This document shows, piece by piece, positions 1-10,450 of a stretch of 64,000 nucleotides of DNA. The notes under the pieces were generated by a model, which was not told where the DNA came from, did not search any database, and saw only the letters and a list, made by a program, of their open reading frames with translations. The number at the start of each line of letters is the position of its first letter. Within the stretch, counting starts at the first letter, position 1. The stretch comes from Azolla caroliniana (taxonomy: Eukaryota > Plantae > Polypodiophyta): the NCBI GenBank assembly GCA_043228905.1, contig JBHGNT010000015.1, positions 17,360,001 to 17,424,000 of the forward strand, given 5' to 3'. Position numbers and translations under genes: made by a program.

Positions 1-1314
1 TCTCATCATTCCCCTGTTGTGACAAAATTCTCCCCAATGCAAAATCCGATGCATCAGCTTCGATAATGAATGGTTTTTCCGGATCGACATGAGCTAGAAT
101 TGGAGCCAATGTAAATGCCTTTTTAAGACTCTCGAAATACATGTCCGTTTCTTCAGAACAGATGAACGGTTGTCCCTTCCTGGTAAGTTGTGTGAGAGGT
201 AGAACAATCTTTGAGTAATCTTGTATGAACTTCCAGTAAAAATTGGCAAAGCCTAGGAAGCATTGCACATCCCGCACCGAACGCGGAGTCTACCATTCTA
301 CCACTGTTTTGACCTTAGCTGGGTCCATGGAGATGCCTTTTGACGAAATGATGTAGCCGAGAAATTCCACTTGGTTGCACCCGAAACTACATTTTTCCAG
401 CTTTGCATACAAACCATGTTCTCGAAGTCGTTTTAGTACTAATAGTACATGAGAATCATGTTCTTCTTGGGTCTTTGAATAAACCAGTAGATCATCCAAA
501 TAGATGATCAAACAATCATCCAATAGATCTCGGAATATATCATTAGCCATGTGCTAGAGGACTGTCGGCGCATTAGTGAGGCCGAACGGCATGACCGTAC
601 ACTCAAAGTGCCCATATCTAGTGCAAAACGCGGTCTTCCATTCGTCTCCTGGTCGGATCCGTACGAGGTTATATGCTCTCCCCGTAAGTCGATCTTCGTG
701 AAGAACCTGGCACCATTGATCCGTTCTAAAAGACTAAGATAAGGGGAAGAGCATACCTATTCCTGATTGTAACCTTATTCAGGCCACGGTAATCTACAAC
801 GAGACGAAACGATCCATCCTTTTTCTTGACGAAGAAAATGGGCACGCCGGCTGGAGATTTCGAATGCCGAATGAAACCATTTTCCAAATTCTCCTCTATG
901 TAGGCCCGAAGGACTTCCAGCTCGGTTGGTGACAAATTGTAGATCGGTCCCCATGGCGACTCTTTTCCCGGTTGTAAATCGATGGGGCAATCGTACGGTC
1001 GATGATGAGGAAGTGTATTGGCTTGTACTTTATCGAAAACATCGGCGTAATGACGATACTTCTCGGGAAGTTGAACGGTGGATTCTTCTTTAGTGGTGCT
1101 GGAGGGGTTTACTGATATTGCAAAGAGGAACATTTCCTCCTTGTGCCCTTCTTTACGCAACTGATGTAGCGAAATGGTTGCCATCTTCTGAGTTGACCCT
1201 TGGGTTTGTCAACACCGGATTTCTCTTGTTCTCCAATCTATGTCTGGGTTATGTAACTCGAACCACGGCAATCCTAAAACTATGGGATGTTTTGGGATAC
1301 TAATAATATTAAAT

Positions 1315-1871
1315 TGTTGAACACAGTGCTCGGCCACCACCGAGGAATAGGATCAACTTACAGAAAACAGGAAATACAAAATGCACAAAGACAATAGAGA
1401 GAAGAGTACACAGGATGTTTTACGTGGAAAACCCTAAGTGGGAAAAACCACGGGAGTCCTCAAACTCCAACTATCACTATAAACAGAGATGTACAATGGT
1501 GAAGCTACAAGGCAACAACCCTGAGCTCACTGTCTTCGCCACAGGCGGCGGTAATACACAGAGGCAACGACCTCTTCGTCTCTCTCTCTCTCTCTCTCTC
1601 TCGGCTGCTCACTTAGCTCCCTCTAAGTGGAAAACAGAAAGATGAGCAACAACAACAAATTGTTTGCCCTAAGTCATATTTATACACATATGACTTTCGG
1701 GCTATTTACAAATATAGCCTCAAGGGCCCTTGGCAAACATATTCACAGATATGTCCCCGCATCCGGATCTCTTCTCCGGGTACATTCGTCATCCGGCTCC
1801 GTAGCCGGGGTCTTCGTCATCCGGCTTCCGAACATCTGACCATCCCATCCGGAGGGACCGTAATCCCAACA
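1315..1871 (-). repeat. Copia 3' LTR (557 bp)
   Basis: Direct repeat of 5987-6549; about 5 transitions and a 6-bp (CT)n length difference. Confidence 0.96.
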
Positions 1872-1881
1872 AACTTCCCCT

Positions 1882-4800
1882 TCACTTCGGCATGGGATGT
1901 CTTTCCAGTCCAACCCTCTTCCGGCATGCTTCCAGCTTGTCGGGTGTGAGCACTTTGGTCAGCATATCTGACCCGTTCTCGTCCGTGTGGATCTTTGTCA
2001 GCACGAACTCCTGGTCTTCTATCCTTTCCCGGATCCAGTGATATCTTCGTTGGATGTGCTTCGTCCGGGAGTGATAGGCCGCGTTCTTCGCAAGGTGGAT
2101 GGCACTCTGACTGTCGCAGTAGAGTCGGTGCTCCTCCTGCCGGATACCGAGCTCTCTCATGAAGTCCTTCATCCATATTATTTCCTTGCCGGCTTCAACA
2201 GCCGCCATGTACTCCGCCTCCGTGGTTGACAATGCAACCGTCTTCTGCAGCCTCGACTGCCACGAAACCGTTCCCCCTGCATACGTCATCACATACCCTG
2301 ATGTGGACCGGCTGGTATCTGCATCAGCCGACATATCCGAATCGGTAAAGCCGTCGAGTTCGGGCTTACTGGAGCCGAATCGGAGGCACGCGTTTGCCGT
2401 GCCCTTCACGTATCGGAGTATCCACTTGACCGCGTTCCAGTGCTCTTTGCCGGGATTGCTCATGTACCGGCTCACCACTCCGACTGCATATCCAATGTTC
2501 GGTCTTGTACACACCATTGCGTACATCAAGCTTCCGACGGCAGAGGCATATGGTACTTTCATCATGTCCTCCTTCTCAGCCTTTGTCTTGGGGCTTCGCT
2601 TGCTGGACAACTTGCAGTTTGCCGGGAGGGTTGACCCGACCGGTCTTGCTTCCGATATGTTGAACCGGTGAAGCACCTTTGTCACGTACTTCTCCTGTGA
2701 CAGCCACAACTGCTTCTTCTTCCGGTCTCAGATGATGTGCATCCCTAGTATTTGCCTTGCCGGACCCAGGTCCTTCATTGAGAAGGTTCGGTGAAGCGCT
2801 TTCTTCAGCATCCGTATCTTGACCTGGTCCCGTCCGACGATCAACATGTCGTCCACGTACAGGAGGAGTATTAGAAAGTCTCCTCCTTCGAACTTCTTCA
2901 CAAACACGCAGTGATCGGACTGCGTTTTGTGGTACCCTTCGTCGGTCATGAAGGAGTCGAACTTCCGGTACCATTGCCGGGGAGCCTGCTTCAGTCCGTA
3001 AAGGCTCTTCTTCAACCGGCATACCAGGTGCTCCTTCCCTTTCTTCTCGAATCCTTCCGGTTGCTGCATGTAGATCTCTTCTTCCAGGTCACCGTGAAGG
3101 AATGCCGTCTTCACGTCCATCTGTTCTACCTCGAGGTCCATGCTTGCCGCTATGCTCAGCACCGTCCGGATGGAGGTCATCTTCACTACCGGGGCAAATA
3201 TCTCGTCGAAGTCGACGCCCTTCTTCTGCTGGAACCCCTTCACCACGATCCTGGCTTTGTATCTCGGGGGGTTTCCGGCATCTCCCGGTTTCAGCTTGAA
3301 CACCCACTTGTTTCGAAGTGCCCGCTTTCCTTTCGGCAACTCCACAAGTTCATATGTGTGGTTCTCATGCAGGGAATCCATCTCCTCCTGCATGGCACTT
3401 AACCACCTGCGGCTATGGGTGTCAAGCTTTGCTTCTTCAAAACTCTCCGGCTCACCCTCGTCAGTTAGCAGCACGTGCTCTGGTTCCGGAAATCTCCGGG
3501 GGGCCCTTCTCTCTCTTAGAGGATATCTCCGTTCCGGAGCTTCGGTAACCGGATCCTCCGTTTCCTCTTCATCCGAATCCATTTCGGGATCGGGGCCGGT
3601 TCCGGTATCAGTTTCATCTTCCTCGGCCGGTTCTGTTTCTTCACCGTCTTCGGCCGGATCCTCGAGTGCTAACCGGTCCCTTGCCGGTCAGGACTGCTCC
3701 TCATAGAGTTGATCCTCACCGGTCGACTTGGAGCTCTTCATCTTCTTCTCCGACTCCCAGTCGGCGAGTGTCTTGTCCTCCATGAAGATGATATCACGAC
3801 TCCTGAATATCTTCTTGTCGACCGGGTCCCATACTCGGTAGCCGAACTCGTCGTCGCCGTAACCGAGGAATATGCATGGCCGGGTCTTTGGATCTAGCTT
3901 TCCTCTCCGGTCCTTTGCCACATGCACATATACGAGACACCCGAACACCTTCAGATGCCGGTAGGATACTTCCCTACCGGTCCACACTCTCTGCGGCGTG
4001 TCTCCGTCCAAAGGTACTGAGGGTGATCTGTTTATCACGTATGTCGCCGTCGACATTGCCTCAGCCCAAAACCCCTTGGGTAAGTTCGCATGCGCCAGCA
4101 TACTCCGGACCCTCTCCATTATGGTCCGGTTCATCCTCTCGGCCAGCCCGTTCAGTTCCGGCGTCTTCGGCACAGTAAACTCGAGCCGGATTCCCTTTGA
4201 GCGACAGTACTCCGCGAACTGCCCCCGGTATTCCCCTCCGTTATCCGCTCGTATCGCTTTCAGCTTCTTGCCGGATTCCCTTTCCACTCTCGCGTGGAGT
4301 TCTTTGAAGACGCACAACACTTGGTCCTTTGTCTTCAACGGTGCCGTCCACAGCTTCCGGCTGTGGTCATCAATGAATGTCACGAAGTACTGGGCTCCGC
4401 CATGTGACTTCGTTTCTACTTGACACACGTCAGTGTGCACCAACTCCAATGGTGCGCTACGTCTCGTCGGTGGCCTTGAGTGGAAGGAGGCTCGGTTCTG
4501 CTTACCGGCCAGGCAATCGGTGCACTTCTCCAGATGCACATGCTTCACCGGAATAAGGTTGTCTTCTGCAAGCCTCTTCATCCCCTTCTCGCTCATGTGG
4601 CACAGTCTCTTGTGCCACAGCTCACCGGCAGTGTTAGCTGCCACGTTCAGCTCCTCTGGACATAGCCGGGAATTCATCAGGTACAGTGTGTTGATCTTCC
4701 GGGCCCGAGCCACTATCAGGCTTCCTTTGCTGAACTTCATGACACCGTTCCGGATGCTACCCGTGTAGCCTTCATCGTCTAGCCTCCCGGCCGAAATCAG

Positions 4801-5955
4801 GTTCAATCGAACCTCCGGAACGTGTCGAACATCCTTCAGCAGCATCTTGCATCCGGTTGATGTCATCAGCCACACGTCTCCTATGCCGGCAATCCGGCAT
4901 GTACCTTCATTTCCCATCCGGACACAGCCGTGGTCACCGGCTGTGTAGGATGAGAAGTATTTCTTCTCCGGGGTCAGGTGGAACGACGCTCCGGAATCGA
5001 CCACCCAGGTCATCTCTTCACCGGCAAGGTTCAGCTCCCTCTCTTCGGTAATGAGCATTATCTCTTCTTCACTTGCCGCAAGTGCCGTCGTTCCTTTCCG
5101 GTCCTGCCCTCGCCGATCCGGACCTCTCCGGTCCGTGGCTCCCCGGTATGCACCGTTTCGCTCCGGTGACTTCTTCGAATCGGTGTCGTCGGCTCCGTTG
5201 TCTTTTCGGTAATGCCGACAATTCTTCCGGAAGTGCCCCGGCTTCCCACAGTGGAAGCATGTGGGCCTTCCTCTTGACTGCGACCGGGTCCCCGACTTCT
5301 CCCGTCTTTGCGGACTCCGGTTCCGTTGTCTTCCCCGTTCCGATTCGGTAAGCAGCGCCTTCGAGTCGGAGGCCGGTTCTTTATCTCTCCGACGCGCTTC
5401 TTCGTTCAAAATACTTGTCTTTACCGTTTGTAGGGACAAGTTATCTTCGGTGCAGGAGGTGCTGAGAGTCACCACCAAGTTCTCCCAGCTTTCCGGCAAT
5501 GTACACATCAGGATGATGGCTTGCATTGCATCCTCCAACGGGAACTTGATCGCCGCAAGCTTGTTCACGAATCCCATGAACGTGCTTACGTGTTCCACCA
5601 TGCTCTCGCCGTCCCGGTACTTGAGGTTCACTATCTTCCTCATCAGGGAGGTCCGGTTCAACGCATTATTCCTCTCGTAGAGGCCCGACAGCTTCCGCCA
5701 CATCTCATATGCGTTGGTGTCGTTCGCCACGTGTTGTAGAACGCTCACGTCGACGTATTGCCGAATGGTTGCAACGGCTTTCCGGTTCAGAAGCCTCCAT
5801 TCCGTCTCAAGTACACCCTTGGGTATTTCCGACCTGTCGATCGGTTCATACAGGTCCCGAACAATGAGCAGATCCTCCATCTTTATCTTCCAGTCGGCGT
5901 AATTCTGCGCATTTAGCACCATCATCCCCGGCTGCCCGCTGCTGCCGCCTTCCAT
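1882..5955 (-). pseudogene. Copia gag-pol polyprotein, single frame broken by two TGA stops (3688-3690, 2728-2730)
   Basis: ORFs 3688-6012, 2728-3582 and 1882-2709 share one frame; CFHCGKPGHFRKNC, WVVDSGASFH, GAG-pre-integrase LWHKRLCH, ADNGGEY, YVDD, RNase H RTKHI. Confidence 0.95.
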
Positions 5956-5971
5956 TTTCTGTGTTACCGTC

Positions 5972-5983
5972 GCTCTGATACCA
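5972..5983 (-). promoter_or_regulatory. Primer-binding site for tRNA-iMet
   Basis: TGGTATCAGAGC three bases after the 5' LTR. Confidence 0.95.
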
Positions 5984-5986
5984 ATT

Positions 5987-6249
5987 TGTTGAACACAATG
6001 CTCGGCCACCACCGAGGAATAGGATCAACTTACAGAAAACAGGAAATACAAAATGCACAAAGACAATAGAGAGAAGAGTACACAGGATGTTTTACGTGGA
6101 AAACCCTAAGTGGGAAAAACCACGGGAGTCCTCAAACTCCAACTATCACTATAAACAGAGATGTACAATGGTGAAGCTACAAGACAACAACCCTGAGCTC
6201 ACTGTCTTCGCCACAGGCGGCGGTAATACACAGAGGCAACGACCTCTTC

Positions 6250-6282
<33 letters not shown>

Positions 6283-6549
6283 CTGCTCACTTAGCTCCCT
6301 CTAAGTGGAAAACAGAAAGATGAGCAACAACAACAAACTGTTTGCCCTAAGTCATATTTATACACATATGACTTTCGGGCTATTTACAAATATAGCCTCA
6401 AGGGCCCTTGGCAAACATATTCACAGATATGTCCCCGCATCCAGATCTCTTCTCCGGGTACATTCGTCATCCGGCTCCGTAGCCGGGGTCTTCGTCATCC
6501 GGCTTCCGGACATCTGACCATCCCATCCGGAGGGACCGTAATCCCAACA
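5987..6549 (-). repeat. Copia 5' LTR (563 bp)
   Basis: Direct repeat of 1315-1871, followed on the minus strand by the PBS. Confidence 0.96.
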
Positions 6550-8120
6550 TAAATGATACTGCACATGCTAAGTTATCTAGGACAATATTAATGGGCTCTG
6601 ACTCTTCTATGATATTTCCGGAAGCAATGGGACGTCCATCAATGACTACTACAGAGGCTAGACACTAGAGTTTTCTTAGGGATATCTTATAAGCTTGAGC
6701 AAATTTCTTATCCATAAAGCAAGAGTTAGCTCCGGAATCTAGGAGTGCTAGGACATGTACTGGAGGGGTACTTTTAGTACTAACTATTACTTGGGCTACG
6801 AACACATCACTAACTTGTTAAGAGGGAATGGAACCACTAATGGGTTGCACATATCTAGGGTTGTCCAACCAAACGGCTCCTATTTTGGCTGGACTTAGTC
6901 ATTTAACTATTCTTCTAACTGACTAAGGACATCAAATCTGTTCGCTAGATCTGGGCTATTAGTACTATTAGGAATATCAGATATCCCTACTGAAATAGGC
7001 TCGGGTTTAGTACAATTAGAACTAGCGACTATTTGGTTTACCTGTCTTCTTGGCCTATGGGGGCAATTTATTGCAATATGTCCTGGTCCACCGCAGTAAA
7101 GACATAGTCGATTTGTACGGCGTCGCTGCTTTTCTTCTTCGGATAATGGCCCTCGACGACGTGTAGTGTCAATCTCCATCGGAGTCGGAGTATTCGCTGG
7201 AGGCGCATTATATGACTCCCTTGGAAAAGGTCTTGCTACCACTGAGGCGTAGGTGGGCTCTGATCTTGCCCTCGGCATCTGTAGCTGTCGTTCCGAACGT
7301 CGCTCAAAGAGGCGGTTGTCACATCTCACCACGCGACTGATTGCTTCTGTTAAGGACTTTGGCTCTTTGGGGAAGGTCAAGAGTAAATCCTTGACGTCGT
7401 TGCGTAAACCATAACGGAATTGCTCCATCAACGCTTGATCATCCCAAGGAATATCGGCGGCGAGTAGGTGAAAATCTGCAGCGTATGCGGAGGCTGGACG
7501 GTCACCTTGGCGTAATCGCCGAATTTTGTTGATTGCGGTCCTGATGCTGTCAGTATCTCTGAAACATGCTTTAAACTCACCTAGAAACTCTTCAAAATTG
7601 TTGAGTAACAGAGATTCCTTTTCTAATAGTGGAGCGAACCATGCCAACACTGAGCCCCTTAACCAAGTGCCTACTAAACCCACTCGTGATGCATCGGTGG
7701 GATATCAGGAAGGATGCATTTGAATAACTAATCGTACCTGGTTAAGGAACCCTCTAAACTGCGATCGCGTTCCATCGAACTTCGTGGGAAGACCAATCTT
7801 GGGTTCTTTATGAATCCCTTGTGTTCCGGACCCTTGTTGTTGCATCGTTAAGATGGTTGCTTCCAGTTGTTGCACGCGTAACGCAAGTTCCCCATGTTGT
7901 TGTTGCGTTTGCTGCTTTTCTAAGGAGATTTGTTGAAGATCCCCCAGCAACCATTGGTTTTCTTGTTCCAAAGCATGGAACTTCTCTTTCAAGCATTGAA
8001 ATTCCGAGAAAACAGATTGATATTCTTCAGCGCTAACAGTGGCCATGGGATGAAAGAAAAGAGGAATAAGAGATTAGTAGGAAATGAGAGAGACAGAAGG
8101 TAGGAAAAATCGGTTCAAAT

Positions 8121-8205
8121 TGTCAGGAACAGTACGAAGACAGAGAAGGAATTAGTACTAAGAGAGGTGAAGAACTCTCGAGAGAAGGAAAGAGTGAGTG
8201 AGAGG

Positions 8206-8253
<48 letters not shown>

Positions 8254-8546
8254 TGATAAGAAGAGATATATATTATATGAAGAAAATGTACAGTAGCTAG
8301 GAGGCTTAAGACTGGCGTTGAACCGATTTGGTTCGAAATAATTCCTTGTGCCTCCTTTTATAGTGTTCTACGGAATACTCCTGAAGTTTCTAAAATGTTC
8401 CAGAGAAATCTGGAATATACATCAATTTTCTATAATAAAACATAAATGAAAATAATATTCTATGTATTACAATGTATAGTCTAATGGTCAAAAGCTTGAC
8501 CCATGTAGCATAAGGTCATGGGTTCGAGTCTTGCCATATCATGACA
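8121..8546 (-). repeat. 5' LTR of chromovirus A
   Basis: TGTCA..TGACA ends; homologous to LTRs 23247-23698, 26940-27385 and 36481-36926; TATAAAA at about 8356-8362 (minus). Confidence 0.92.
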
Positions 8547-8557
8547 AGATGCGCACG

Positions 8558-10450
8558 TTATCCGTGATGGCAACAGTTGCGTGCGTCTTCGATCAACTTC
8601 TGGAGATTTGCGATTTCCTGCCGTTTAACGGTTGTCGCTTCCTCATACGTGGCCTTCAGGCCCGCCCACAACTGGGCTTCCTTTGCATGTTCTTCTAATC
8701 TCCCCATCTCATTGTTTAGGCGGATTTCGAGTTGATGTCTTCTATCTTGTTCGATCACCAACTGCTCATCGAACCATACCTTCTTTTTTTCTAATTAAGG
8801 TCCGAAGTCCTGTGATTGCTGCCTCCGCTCTCTTCGCGTCCTCTCGTAATTGTGAGTTGTCGTCCTTTGTCCAGATGTGCTGAGCTACCTCCGTAGCTAG
8901 TTTCTCTTCAAGAGTTTTTACGGCCTTCCGTCCGTTAGCCCATATCTCCTTTTCTCTGTCGGAGGATTGGCGTAGTTCTGCTCGAAGACGGTCAATTTCG
9001 GATTCCGCTAGCTGCACGACCCTTTTGCTTTTGAGGCGATGGCGGTTTGAGCCTCGATTTCTTCTTTTAGAGCGTCTATGACGTGGTTCGGTGGCGTGAG
9101 CTTCCAACTCCGTGATGCGTGCGTTGGCTTTTTGTAGTTCGGCTTCGGTCAGTTTAACCTTCTTCCAGACATTCTTATTTTTTATGGCCATCTCGTTGGC
9201 GCTTGTGCTGACCTTTGCCAGTTCCCAATGGACTTCGACTAGGGCCGTGTTTAAGGGTGGTATCTCCATCCCTACTCGTCGTACCCTGGCGTTCCTCTGT
9301 CTACCGACCCTGGCTAGCCGTTCCTCATCGTCGCTCTCCGTTGTTTGTGTTAGGGCGCGCTCGATCATCTGACATTCCGCATGCTCCTCGGCCATTCGTT
9401 GGGCGGCTTTGACTTGTTGTGTTGCCAGGAACTCCATGAGCTCAAAAGAGGTACCGAACTACAAGAGGGCATTGAATTCGTGGGCCGTATCCGGAATATC
9501 CGGATATGCCAAAACCTCGCTTTCCGCTGTCAATACGGCTTTCCCTCGTTGGGACTGAGTCATAATAATCGGTCGCGGCTCCCGGATGATTTCGAAGGTG
9601 GTATTCGGTTCTGCTGCTGCGGAGCCTTCGCCTTCGGTCGGTGCCTCTGGTGCCGTGGGGGCGTTTTTTACCAACCCCCGCCCATCTTTCCTATCCAATC
9701 TGCGCCGTTTTGGTCTAGGGCTTTCCCGCCGTGTTTCGATGTCTAGTTCTGGGGCTGCTTCCATGGAGCGTCTCGGTTGTTCCTCCTGCGTCGCCTGTGT
9801 GTCCGGCCGGTCAGTAGGAGGTGTTGTCCTTGGGTCTGGTTGGGCCGGTTGGGGTTCCTCATCCCAATCTGGGGCCGATAACTCCACTAACCTGCGTTTC
9901 GCGGATCGGGGCGGGGCCATGGGTTGGCTGGGCTGCGGTGCTGGCAGGCCTCGGGGTGGAAATAGCACCGTAAGGTATTGTTGGATGATTGGCCTGAGCT
10001 TTTTGCCTGCTTGGTATGCATGCAAGCCTTGCCTTAACATTGGCCTTGTGATGACCCCCCAGTCGATTGCACGCCCTTCAAAGGTGTCGATAATGATGCC
10101 TGCCTTCTGCTTAGGCATCCCGTATGCGTTGACGTGGACGTAGCCGACTTACAGTAGGAACTTGGCAATTTCACGGAAGAAGGGATCCGGAATCTGTTTT
10201 GTTCTATAGGCCTTGGCGGAGGATGAATATGGTCCAAAATACTGTTGCAGCGCCTCTGCATGAGGTATTTCGAAATGTCTTTCGCCTAGTGAGGAAGGGC
10301 CAACTTCTTCCGAATGGAAGAGTTGGTGACCATGTCTATGTTGACCTTCATGCCGTCCGGGTGCGGAGGTGCTTCTGCAACCCGGATGTAGCCATCCAGG
10401 CGTTTCTCTACGAGCCATCGGCGTAGGGTAGTAGAGATGAAGATCGGCAT
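8558..10450 (-). pseudogene. Extra sense ORF downstream of integrase in element B (about 630 aa, fragmented)
   Basis: Consecutive ORF fragments 10149-10418, 9459-10118, 8766-9437 and 8558-8761: globular N-terminus, Pro-rich linker, basic NLS-like runs, coiled-coil-like C-terminus. Confidence 0.7.

Larger units (their letters stand above)
1315..6549 (-). mobile_element. Full-length young Ty1/copia retrotransposon
   Basis: LTRs 1315-1871 and 5987-6549 (TGTTG..CAACA), 5-bp TSD TAAAT (1310-1314, 6550-6554), tRNA-iMet PBS, PPT next to the 3' LTR, gag-PR-INT-RT-RH order. Confidence 0.97.
1..8546 (-). mobile_element. Ty3/gypsy chromovirus (Tcn1-like) element A; 3' part runs off the left edge; interrupted by a copia at 1315-6549
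   Basis: Gag fragments 7705-8046 and 6907-7683 (CCHC knuckle CLYCGGPGHIAINC), protease LLDSGANSCF near 6720-6750, RT fragments 290-1184 (YLDD), 5' LTR 8121-8546; stops and frameshifts present. Confidence 0.93.

Noticed and set aside
2159-5680. Long plus-strand ORFs antisense to the copia polyprotein
   Set aside because: Expected shadow ORFs of GC-rich coding sequence; no recognisable motifs
8470-8543. Calling the LTR modules real tRNA genes
   Set aside because: Acceptor and anticodon stems do not form properly; they are tRNA-like promoters at most
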